Positions 1 to 56,079 of a stretch of 64,000 nt of DNA are shown here, piece by piece; position 1 is the first letter of the stretch; every line of letters begins with the position of its first letter. Location: assembly GCA_951406725.2 (NCBI GenBank), contig OX597817.1, forward strand, positions 99,944,001 to 100,008,000. Reading direction: 5' to 3'. The position numbers and the translations under genes were made by a program. Origin of the DNA: Octopus vulgaris (Eukaryota). Under the pieces are notes generated by a model, which saw only the letters and a list, made by a program, of their open reading frames with translations, was not told where the DNA came from and did no database searches.

Positions 1-139
1 TTATTCTTTACTTGAAATTGGTGAAGCTCACTTACTCAAGTATAAGAGCATCGAGTGTGTAAGAGGACCATTTGATGCTCAAAATGAATTGGATATACTA
101 CCAATGAAAATACACACACACACAATATATATATACATG

Positions 140-560
140 CTGTGGACATAGTTGTGCACTTAAGTCTGCTTTGCAACCACATGGTTTTTGCACTCAGTCC
201 CACCATGCAACATCTTGGGCCAATGTCTTTTACTATAGCTCCAGGCTAGCCAAAGCCTTGTAAGTGGATTTGGCAGACAGAATCTGAAAGAAACACTGCA
301 TAGGTGTGTATAGTTATGTCTCCTTATTTTGATACTGCATGTTCATTTTAAACATCTGTCAATGTCATACAAGCAGTGTTGTTTGTTTGCAATCTTCTGT
401 GAAAACACATGGACCTTGTACTGTTTTGTGATGGAAACAGATAAGGGTTGGTGAGGGTTGATGACAGGAAATGCATCCATCCATTAAAAAAAAACTATCT
501 CAACAATTTTTGCTTAGCCCACACAAGCTTGCAAATGCAAACATTAAAATAATGATGATA
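140..560 (+). mobile_element. Degenerate SINE (head related to copies at 33930-34080, 38340-38460 and 53900-54080; RTE-like (GAT)n tail)
   Basis: caaccacatgg...cagtccca...cttgggc...tactatagc head, ending atgatgat; the head recurs several times in the window. Confidence 0.65.
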
Positions 561-748
561 TGAATATGATGACTATATATATATGTATATACACACACAC
601 ATTTTATTAAATCTGGAAAAATTTTCACAAATTGTTACTCAGAATTTCACATTACTGTTTGTTGGACTGATGTGAACATATTCTTTTATTCTTTTGTTTC
701 AGTCATTTGACTGTGGCCATGCTGGAGCACCACCTTTATATATAAAAC

Positions 749-785
<37 letters not shown>

Positions 786-1306
786 TGTTTTAGATCCACT
801 TTTCACTGCTAGAATGTGAGGATAAGATTATTGTAAAATTTCCAATTATGAACAAATAGGAAAATCTTTTATAAACAATGCTGAAGAAAATAATTATAAC
901 TTATAATCTATATCTCACATAAACTTCACAGTGCAAGAATATAAGTTCACAAAATTAGTACTAATAAAGAAGTTTCCTTTTTATTTATATAGCAATAGCA
1001 GCTACTGAAATATAGAATCAGTGATAAGATGAACTATTACTTTGAAAGAAAATGACATTTATTTCATTACGACTTTCTTTAAAACATATTTCAATGAACA
1101 AGTAAAAATTATACACAGGTAAAATCAAATTAAATAAGAGTTATACATATTAGAAAGGAAAATAAAATTATGACAAATTAATAAATAAAACTTGTAAAAA
1201 GCATATTCTGAAATTATGACAATATCTCCGTGGAAGCAGACACACAGACACACACACACACACAACTGAAAGCAAAAACAATCTTTTAATGTGAAATTAA
1301 TAATTA

Positions 1307-46303
<44,997 letters not shown>

Positions 46304-46316
46304 TCAATAAATTTAA

Positions 46317-46532
46317 CCCTTTAGCATTTAAATTAGCTAAATCAGGCCCAAAAAGTCTACTTGTTTCATGTTTAAATTGGCCAGATCCAGCCTCCCAAGC
46401 CTACCCTACAAAGTTAATATAAAAATAAACAATTACATCATTGAAATCTCGAAGTTACAAGATAATGATGAATTAACACCAATGTGAATAAATAAGTATT
46501 ACATTTAACGGCATAGTCTGAATGCTAATGGG
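46317..46532. mobile_element. piggyBac-type MITE
   Basis: TTAA-ccctttagcatt...aatgctaatggg-TTAA. Confidence 0.8.
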
Positions 46533-46966
46533 TTAAAGAGATGAAAGAAAGAAAAAGTACATTGAATGCATAAATATACAAATAAATATTAACAGGAAAG
46601 AAAAGATTTCCTCTCATATTTAGTATAGAAAGTCAAGTCAATAAACTGTTGAGCATATCTTTTGAATAATAGGCTATTATTTTAATGCATAAATGAAATA
46701 ACAATGAAATACTGTAAAAGGAGAATAAAAAACATGAAAAAAAAAGATTATGATCCAATCAAATCAATGTAAAAAAAAATACATATTATAAGCATCCCCT
46801 GAATTAAGCAATTGGATTCTGTAACATGAAACCTATTTTCTCATTGGTTTTCATACTATAAAGATGTGTTTCAACAAATTTTTCCAGAAAACAAAAAGTC
46901 AACCGTAATTAATAAAAGTGACAAAATAAATTTCAAACATGCACTACAAAGAGAGAGAGTGAGGGT

Positions 46967-47120
46967 GTAATGAATGAGTTTAAGGATAACAAAGAATAGA
47001 GATTATCTGATTTTTTTTTTATTATGCAGTCATTAAAGTTCTTCCAGAAGAACTTTAATGACTGCATAATAAAAAAGTGGATAGTCTCCATTCTCTGTTT
47101 TCCTTAAACTCTTTCATTAT
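46967..47120. repeat. Fold-back palindrome
   Basis: Perfect 30-bp arms (47015-47044, 47047-47076) with a 2-nt loop; imperfect extension to ~75 bp. Confidence 0.9.
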
Positions 47121-47283
47121 TATTTCTTGTTGTATACTGTCAATTTAATGTGACAATAGGGGATTACACCACCGCTGTTTAGCCCTAGGAAGCATCGACA
47201 CTTCCTGTCCGCTTCGACACATTTCCTGTGTCCTTATATATTTACGAAGGGGAGACAAATACCCCCAGCAGCTAGGCCTGCAT

Positions 47284-47328
47284 CTAGGGACACGCATGTT
47301 TCAGGATCTTTGTCCATCATCGGTCTAG
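47284..47328 (-). ncRNA. Type I hammerhead ribozyme motif (CCGAUGA variant)
   Basis: CTAGA-CCGATGA-tGGA(caaaga)TCCt-GAAAC-ATGCGT-GTC-cCTAG. Confidence 0.75.
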
Positions 47329-47536
47329 AGTAGCAGAAGCCTGCTAGCTGCAGATTTACTCTTTATTATAGGCACAATGGCCCGAATTCAGAGGGGACAT
47401 TACAATACAGGACGTGGGGTACATATAATAAAAAAATCAAAAAGTATGGTATGACAATGAATTATTTGTAATGAATTAAATGGAATGGCTTTCGAGCCCC
47501 CCAAAGCTCGTAGTTTCAGTTACACTTACAATTGTG

Positions 47537-47932
47537 TTATTCAGGGCGTTCATTCGTTATGTACGTAAGTAACCTCTCCTGTTCTATAATACTTGGCAAA
47601 CTTTCATACCTAATGTAATGCATTACGCATACAGCTGTATACACATTTTTCAGTTTCATTACTGTCTCTTTTTCTACAATCGCCGCCTTCACTTGGTCAC
47701 CAAAATTTTTTGAATTTAATTTCACTCTAATTAGACTTTTCATATTTGCCAACTTCTTTTCAATTTCCTTGTCCTTCTTGTACAATATTATAGCTTTAAG
47801 ATTTCTTCCTTTTGGTCTTCCTCCTTCCTTACATTTTTCCAGCTGTTCTTCCACTCTTCTATCCCATTCTTCCGTTATCTGACAATTTGAAACTTCACTC
47901 GCTTTCGTTTCTGTATCTTTCTCTTTGTGCAT
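47537..47932 (-). CDS. In-frame 131-aa ORF immediately after the ORF1 stop (K/E-rich, function unknown)
   Basis: TGA-ATG adjacent in the same frame; lies within the ORF1-only element 47356-48998. Confidence 0.5.
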   Translation of the reverse strand: MHKEKDTETKASEVSNCQITEEWDRRVEEQLEKCKEGGRPKGRNLKAIILYKKDKEIEKKLANMKSLIRVKLNSKNFGDQVKAAIVEKETVMKLKNVYTAVCVMHYIRYESLPSIIEQERLLTYITNERPE

Positions 47933-48883
47933 TCAATCCTCCATCTCGTCGGTCAACTTCTTTTTAGCTTTTTTCTTTTTTTGTGTTTTGGATGGTGATT
48001 CCAACCGCGTTCTCTTTCTATCCTCTTTTTCTTCTGTTCTTTCCTTTTCTTTCTCCAACTCGTCACTACTTTCCACATTATCTGTAGTCACGATTTCCTC
48101 TTCCACATTCGCCTTTTGTAGTTCCTCTGTCAAAGCCTCCAGTGTTATCGTTTTCTCTTGTACTTCTCTTTGCGGACACATTTCTTTCATGTGGCCTCTA
48201 ATTTTGCATTTGTAGCACACTGGGGGTCTCCCCTCCACCACAACTCTGAGACGTGTCTCATCGGGGAAGACCAACTCCTCTGGGATGTTATACATGTCTG
48301 GCATGGTTATGTGGACCAAAGCCTGCACCGCATAACCCCACCACTTTACTTCTTTCGACTTTTCTATCTTCAATATCTCAACATTCTCTGTGCAGTTAAA
48401 TATTGTTGCCGCTACAATTCTCTCCATGTTCAGTTCTGGTGCAATTTTACTGATTCTTATTCTCACTGCCCTTTTTCCACAATAGCTAGGTAGTAACACC
48501 CGTTTTTCCGTTTTCAATATTTTCGTGGCGTTCCTCTTCGCTTCATCTTCATTTTTAAAATGAATGACTACTGTTGCATATTTTCTACCTCTATTGTAGA
48601 GGGTAGTTTCTTCTTCAATTTCCTGTAAACATCTCTCGATTTCCTCCGCTTCTGCCACTTCTATTTTCTTCGAAGCCACGCTCCACGTTCTGTATGTTAT
48701 AATACGCTTCTCCGCTTCTTTTGCTTCGTCTTCAGGTGGTGTGACCCTCACACAATCACCCTCCTTCTTGAAGTCGTTGAAGTATTTCTTCAAACTTTCT
48801 TTCTCGACAATTATTTCTTCTAACTGCAGTTCGCTCGCAGCCAGGCCCTTGCCTGCTGCTCCCGCATAAGTTTGGGCTTGCAT
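47933..48883 (-). CDS. LINE ORF1-like protein (RRM-like region, CX2CX4HX4C zinc knuckle, K/E-rich tail), 316 aa
   Basis: TYAGAA N-terminal motif, RGRKYATVVIHF, EGRPPVCYKCKIRGHMKEMCP; open frame; no RT or endonuclease in the element. Confidence 0.85.
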   Translation of the reverse strand: MQAQTYAGAAGKGLAASELQLEEIIVEKESLKKYFNDFKKEGDCVRVTPPEDEAKEAEKRIITYRTWSVASKKIEVAEAEEIERCLQEIEEETTLYNRGRKYATVVIHFKNEDEAKRNATKILKTEKRVLLPSYCGKRAVRIRISKIAPELNMERIVAATIFNCTENVEILKIEKSKEVKWWGYAVQALVHITMPDMYNIPEELVFPDETRLRVVVEGRPPVCYKCKIRGHMKEMCPQREVQEKTITLEALTEELQKANVEEEIVTTDNVESSDELEKEKERTEEKEDRKRTRLESPSKTQKKKKAKKKLTDEMED

Positions 48884-49290
48884 ACTCGGAAAAAAACCTC
48901 CAACAATTCACCATGCCGTAACAGCTTCCACCAACAAATTCGAACTCACAACCGCAATACACAATAACCGTAACACAAAATAACCGACACCAAAAAAACT
49001 GCTAGCTGCAGATATCTGTCTCGACTTCGTAAATATATATATATCTAATTTTCAGTGAAGTTTATTCACTGATCACCAAAATCAGAAATATTAAATTTCT
49101 AAATATATCATAGAGATATGTACGGTGGTGGGGCGATAGAATGGTTGTATACTGTCAATTTAATGTGACAGTAGGGGATTACACTGCCGCTGTTTAGCCC
49201 TAGGAAGCATTGACGCTTCCTGTCGGCTTCAACACATTTCCTGTGTCCTGTGTCGAGACAGATATCTGCAGCTAGCAGGCTTCTGCTACT

Positions 49291-49335
49291 CTAGACCGAT
49301 GATGGGCAAAGACCCTGAAACATGCGTGTCTCTAG
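49291..49335 (+). ncRNA. Type I hammerhead ribozyme motif (CCGAUGA variant)
   Basis: CTAGA-CCGATGA-tGGG(caaaga)CCCt-GAAAC-ATGCGT-GTC-TCTAG; predicted cleavage after 49330. Confidence 0.8.
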
Positions 49336-50464
49336 TTGCAGGCCTAGCTGTTGGGGGTATTTGTCTCCCCTTCGTAAATATATAAGGACACAGGAAATGT
49401 GTCGAAGCGGACAGGAAGCGTTGATGCTTCCTAGGGCTAAACAGCGGTGGTGTAATCCTCTACTGTCATGTTAAATTGACAGTATACCACCATTCTATCG
49501 CCCCACCACTGTACATATCTCTATGAGATATTTAGAAATTTAATATTTCTGATTATTATTTCTCTTCTATTGAAAAGCATAGTCTCTTTAAAGACAACTG
49601 GATCTTCAGGTATTGAGAATGTATGAAGAATAGTTAAACCAACAATTGAAGTACGTAAACTCATGTATGTTAACCAGCATTATCAATCAATAGAAGTGTA
49701 TATTGGTACCTGCTTGAATTATATATCCCCATCAACTAAAAAGTTTGGAAAATTTTTAGTAACTAAACTATATTGTAATCAATAACTATAGAATGAACAC
49801 AGAACTGTATAACTTTTGTATACATTTTGCATAAGATTTTTGATCTGGTGGTTTCATAGTAAATTATTAAATAAATATTCTACAAAACTTTTTTTTTTTA
49901 GAAATGGCAGCTAGATTTCCTACTGTCTGTCAAGAAAGATGTAAAACAAAGTTGAAATGGAGTAGTAGTTCAATCACAATCTGTCTGTCTTTCTCTCTCT
50001 CTCCCCAAAATAGTGGAATAGAGGGAGGGAGAGAGAGAATTAAAGGTACACATTAATAGGTATAGATACAGAATGAGGGAGAGCAAGGGTGATGACAATG
50101 ATGGCATATAAATCATATAGTGCAGGAAGAGATTACAGACATATATTCACAGCAACATTAAATAACAATAAATGTTAATAAAGTGGTCTTTAAATTCCTA
50201 GTCTGGTGTATTTAGAGAAGTGGTTGCCAAATTTTTTGAACCATCGACCCTCTTTAGCCACTTCTTCCACATCTACCTTTAGTCACGTCTACCTCTGCAT
50301 CGACCACCCTCCTCATTTAAAATACCTTAATACCTAACACTACCATACCATATCTTAAATGTGTACTGGGTACTGATGCTGGCAATTAAAATGTTAGCTA
50401 AAATATACATGTACAACAAATTAAGAAATTCTATTGAAGATGACACTTTTTACATTTAAAACTA

Positions 50465-50810
50465 AGTGTGCCAGTGGAATGTTAAAAGCACCCTTTGAGC
50501 GTGATCATTGCCAGGGCCACTGACTGGCTCCTGTGCAGGTGGCACATAAAAACACCATTTGAGCATGGCCGATGCCAGTACAGCCTGGGCACATAAAAAC
50601 ACCATTTGAGCATGGCCTATGCCAGTACAGCCTGACTGGCCCTTGTGCACCCACTACACTCAGAGTGGTTGGCATTAGGAAGAGTATCCAGCTGTAGAAA
50701 CTTTGCCAGATCAGATTAGAAACTGGTGTAGTCTTCTCGCTTGCCAGCCCTCAGTCAAACCGTCCATCCCATGCCAGCATGGAAAGCGGACATTAAACAA
50801 TGATGATGAT
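50465..50810 (+). mobile_element. RTE 3'-end/SINE copy
   Basis: Same family tail with subrepeats and (gat)n. Confidence 0.85.
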
Positions 50811-50899
50811 GTATAAGCCTACAGTATTAACCTTTCAGTTTTTATGAAATTGTTTTTCATGGTTAGAAAATGTGAAAAACATCATATTGCTGGAGTATC

Positions 50900-52460
50900 T
50901 TTTACTGAAATTGACGACATCAGCATGGTGATTCTGACTTAAGGCATTGACATCAGGCTGAATGTTGGCCAGTTTGTTTCAAATCACCTCATTCCTCCAG
51001 GTTCAGGCAATTACTATAAGCAAACACTTGACAATCCGCATCCCTTCAATCACCCCTCTCAATCATCAATTATGATACAGATTATGACATCAGGCCTTGA
51101 ACATTAGCAACAGTAGACTTCTCGCTGCAGTGAAAATTTATCAGGTTTTCCCACATTTCATGGTGTTGACTAAGTATTTCAAGCAGTTCCTCTGGGTGAG
51201 CTGGTCTTTTGCATGCCGACCCCTGGTTTAGAGGGATTCTGAGGACCATCCATCCATTTACACAACTACCCTCACAACAAAAGTTGTTGCCTTCAATGCA
51301 ATAGGAGATACTTGGAAGAGAGCCACTATCTTCTGACTTGTAAATCATTGGCATTTTTATCCAATGAGAATAAAGATCTAATGCAATGTTGTTTGATAAT
51401 ATAGGACACTATCACTTTGTAGGAACTTAGTTCAATTTGAACTCTTCATGTAATTTTTGTGTTAACTTATTAGCAGCAACTTGCAGATCTTTCTCTTTGA
51501 GTGCCAACCATGAAGCCATATTCTTTTCAGTCAAGTTAACTGTAGAAGTTTATTCCTCTTTTTGCTCTGCAACTTGCTCTTGTTCTAATAGTATCAGCTT
51601 CTCACCAGACAAACTTTCAATAAGATGTTAACAACTCTACCACATCATTTATAATTTTTCCAAGCCCTACATCATTTGATAGAGTCATCATATCCATCTG
51701 AGCCTGATATAAGATTTTCTGCTAGAAATATCTACAGTAAATCTAAAGTATCAGTGACTAGATAGGAAAACATGTTATGGATACAACTGACCATATGATT
51801 TCCCAAACACCGTTCATAGCCAAAGGTTGCATTTCATCCCATGACTTGATCCTGTTACATACAGCATCGAGAGTGTTGAACTTTTTCCAATAATCTCTAA
51901 TAGTATCTGTCATTAATTGCTTTTGAGTTTGTTACAAAGATCTCAAATAATGTGTTCAAGTTGTAATCACACTTTATGAATCATTTGCTGAAGCAAAACT
52001 ACGGACTATATTCTACTGGACACTTGCTGCATTTGTAAAAGAAGCAATGCTTTGTTGGAAATATGTTTGAGTACCTTTGTACTTCAAGGCAAAAAAAAGT
52101 TTGTAAACTAGATTTTGAAAAGGTTTGTAGTCATCTGAGCATTCTTATTTGAAAGCCTAATTACAGGTAGCAACTTAGCATAGCCCTCAAAATCACTTAA
52201 ATATTCAGATAATACACGAACTTCTGCTGCTGCATAACCTCCTTCATCAAGCATTTTCTTCAGTTCCCCAAGATAATTAGTATTACTACTGGCAGCTTCA
52301 TTGGTCATTTTAATGTTGTACAAAATAAAGCAACTCTTGAAGGAAGAAGGTGACAGTGGAAAATCATTTAGTGGAAACAATGATTAGTTTTATAAGCATA
52401 GAAATGAGCTGATTGGTATATTGCCAATGTGCAAAGAGAAGCTATGAGTGCTAATATTGA
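50900..52460 (-). mobile_element. Decayed pogo/Tigger-like transposon remnant
   Basis: FILYNIKMTNEAASSN..LKKMLDEGGY resembles the Tigger GE(A)ASAD region; remainder heavily broken. Confidence 0.5.
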
Positions 52461-53714
52461 AGTTTTAATAATAATAGAGGAACATGATTACACATTAACA
52501 CCATGTCAGCATGGAATGGCTGGTTTGACAGGATCCAATAAGCCACAAGACTGCATCAAGCTCCAGTACCTGCTTTGGCATAGTTTCTATGGTTATATGC
52601 CCTTCCTAACACCAATCACTTTACAGAGTGTACTGGGTGCATTTCATTTTGTGATGCCAGCACTAGTGAGGACACCAAGTAAATTACAATACAAAATTCT
52701 TCAATTGAGTGGGAGGGAGATGGTTTTGTACCTGGAGTTGAAAATCTAGAGTATGGCAGAACAAGGGACACTTGTCTCACCACAGAGGAGGTATATAATA
52801 ATGAAATTATTGTATACAGTGCTCAGGTGCACCACAACTTGTCATATAGACACACCTGTTGAAAAGCAAGAAAGAATAGCGGTGATCAGGTAATTGAATT
52901 GTAAAGTCAAATAATTCCTTTACTTTTCTTACAGATTAACACTTTATTGTCATAAGAAGCAACAGCTTCTTTCCTTACGCCTTCTAGATCATTAGCATGT
53001 AGGCACTTTCAAGAACAATACTATCTCTTGTGTTATGAATGTCTCAAAGACTGTTTACAAATGCTCTATACTTAGCTAATGCTAAGCATAGAGCATTTGT
53101 AAACGTTTGTTGGTTGTGCAAATGAAAGAATCTATGTGGTTGATCAACTTACTAGAAATAGCAGCCAAATTTTCTAGTTATACACAACCAGCTTAAACAA
53201 AAGGAAGGACAGAATAGTTTGTGATATACAAATAGATAATATGGTTATGGCTAGAATGTGTTTCAATTGTAGGTTGGCATGACTATACTTATTGGTACAT
53301 TAAATTCTTCACTGAACTCCATGCCAGTCCTAACCCTTAATAAAAGAATATTCAAACAGTTTGTACAACTCTCACAAGTCAATCTACTATACATTGAGCA
53401 CCAGACGTCATTTCATAGGTGTTTCTATTGCTAATTATTTCTGCATATCTGAAATACTGCTTTCTTGAACCTACCAATACCTTTTATGCACCTGTTTCTT
53501 GCATTGGATATACAGTATTGAGTCCTTACCATTGTCTGCTCATTTCCTTTCAGAACGTGTTGATCTGCAACAATTCAAGCATTAAGATCATCAAGCTCAC
53601 TGGTTTTGGTTGGCCTACAAAGGTCATAAGCATTGCTCTGCCTCCAGACTCAGTAAGAAAAATTTATATGTGATGATGATGTATATGCAAAATTTATACA
53701 TTTTATGTACACTA

Positions 53715-54082
53715 TTTTACTTGTTTCAATCATTTGACTGTGGCCATGCTGGAGTACCGCCTTTTAGTTGAAGAAATCGACCACTGAACTTATTCTCTGT
53801 AAGCCTGATGCTAATTCTATTGGTCTCTTCTGCCAAACTACTAAGTTATGGGGATGTGAACACACCAACATCGGTTGTCAAGCAATGGTGGAGGAGGGGA
53901 CAAACACAAACTCATAAATATATATATGATGGGCTTCTTTCAGTTTCCATCAACCAAATCCACTCACAAGGCTTTGGTCAGCCCAAGGCTATAGTAGAAG
54001 ACACTTGCCCAAGGTGCCATGTAGTGGGACTGAACCCGGAACCATGTGGTTGGGAAGCAAGCTTCTTACCACACAGCCACGC
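53715..54082 (-). mobile_element. SINE (tRNA-like head with core domain)
   Basis: Minus strand: ggcgtggctgtgtggtaagaagcttgcttcccaaccacatggttccgggttcagtccc...; tail ...ccagcatggccacagtcaaatgattgaaacaagtaaaa. Confidence 0.85.
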
Positions 54083-54659
54083 CAATCTTTTTTAAATTCA
54101 TCAATTCATTTAGAAACTGGAAGGTTTTACTATTTACAGTATATCTATGACAGTATTTTAGTTTATATATTGGGTTTTAAATATTTTAACTGGCATTTTT
54201 TAAGCCAAGCTGATGGTCTTTATTAACATCATACATTTTATGAACTGGATTATATTCTGAATATGTGTGTGGGGAGGTGGTTCAACAATATACATGGTTG
54301 TAGAACAGTAAAATAACAAATTACAGCTATTATACAATGTCTACATGTTATTCAGTCATTGTACTATCACCACTACATAACAGACAATTTTGTTCCAATA
54401 ATATCTAAAATATTTTTTCAAATCATTCAACTACATCAGAATTGCTAGAATGTGAAAAAAATAGTACTGCTTTTCTTGAAATAGTAATTTTGAAATAAAC
54501 TAGATAATTTACATAAAGTTTTAAAATTGAAGAAATTTGAAAATAACATTTTCTTTTTAATCCCAATAAAACATTTGTTGCCTTAAGCAGTTTCTTAGAA
54601 TTTAGATATTGAAATTACTTGTGTACCTAAACATCAGTTGATATTTCATCAGACTAGAA

Positions 54660-56079
54660 TCTATGTATTAATACGCTTGTATCATCAGCGTTTGTCACAC
54701 TGAGAAATGTCGGGATTAAATTCGAGTTATTTCCCTTGGCTTCTGGACTGGCATTGCTGCAACACTCTTGGAAGGTGGTAAAACTCTTCACAGTATATTA
54801 AGCTTCCAGTTCCTTTGAGTGAAACAAAGTGTGTGCAATGTTCCACCAAATTCTGATCAAGGAAACATTCTTAGGCAAATAGAAGTCTTCATTATTGACA
54901 AAGCTTCAATGATACCAGTTTATGCTTTGAAAGCTATAGATAATTGTTTAAGAGATATGAACAGTAATAGTACATTTGGTGGGAAAATTATCATACTAGG
55001 AGATTTTAGACAAGTTCTTCCAGTTGTTCCCAGAGCTCCTCCTGCAGCTGTACTTGATGCCTGCCTCAAACGCTCCTTTATGTGGGATAATTTTCATTAA
55101 ATGCAACTTACGCAAAACATGAGAACAAATGCAAATGAACGAGATTTTTTGAGGTGGCTACTACAACTTGGAAGTAGATTTTTTCAAAGCTCTCTTCATA
55201 ATCTCACAGAAGATACTATTGATATTCCTGAAGCATGCATATGTAACAATTCTTTGGTATCTACTGTATTTGACAATTGTACAGCAGAAAATATGAAAAA
55301 TAGAGTGATCTTAACCCTTACAAATTCAGACTGCTTAGCAGTAAATGAAGAAATTCTAAGTAGATTGCCCAATGAAACTAAGACATATCTAAGCACTAAC
55401 TCAGTAACTTCTGAATATGCCCAGAATTCTCCCATGATGTTTATAAACTCTCTTACACCTTCTGGAATACCTCCTCATTGCCTTAACTTTAGAGTTGGAG
55501 CAATTATTAGGCTTCTTAGAACCCTCTCTATAACACAAGGTTTATGCAACGGAACTCACTTGGAAGTACTTCAGCTCTACGAGCATAGCATTGAAGTGTC
55601 AATTATAAGTGGATCTCATTCTCACACAAGAGTACTGATTCCAAACATTCCATTAATTCTGCATTGGACCCAGTTCCCGGTTCATCTGTCCTATTCTGTG
55701 ATAATCAATAAAGTACAGGGACAAACATTTGATAGAGTTGGCATACACTTGCCACAGCCATGCTTCACTCATGGCCAGCTTTACGTAGCTTTTTTAATAG
55801 CAAAGGCGATGAACAGTGTGAGGGTTAAAGTGATACCTCAAAACGATATCCACTCGTGGTCAGAAAAGGGGAATCACCTACACTAGAAACATTGTATATA
55901 GGGAGTGCTGTAATGGATGTATTTAACATATACTTTCACATAATAATAAATACTTATATTATTAATAAATATAACATAAAGGATAATAGAATTTTTCATT
56001 AACCAACATGGTGAAAATTAAACAATTTTGATTAAATGATATTTAAATTATTTGTGAATTTTTTCATGGGTCCAACTAG
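54660..56079 (+). mobile_element. Internally deleted Helitron carrying a PIF1 helicase remnant
   Basis: A|TC 5' end, CTAG|T 3' end; IIDKASM, FGGKIIILGDFRQVLPV, LTQNMR, GLCNGT, QFP..SVIINKVQGQT, FTHGQLYVA motifs (54819-55886, one stop). Confidence 0.9.

Larger units (their letters stand above)
47128..49551. mobile_element. Composite element E2: HHR-bearing ~357-nt retrozyme/Penelope-like tandem unit with inversion, containing an ORF1-only insert
   Basis: TSD ATTATTATTTCT (47116-47127, 49552-49563); unit on + at 49252-49551 and on - at 49249-48999 and 47355-47128. Confidence 0.88.

Noticed and set aside
47128-49551. LTR retrotransposon or DIRS interpretation (gag flanked by LTRs)
   Set aside because: No TG..CA termini, PBS, pol or tyrosine recombinase; the repeats are permuted tandem HHR units and the ORF element has its own TSD.
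54819-55886. Host PIF1 helicase gene
   Set aside because: Intronless, contains a stop and degraded motifs, and is bounded by Helitron TC/CTAG termini.
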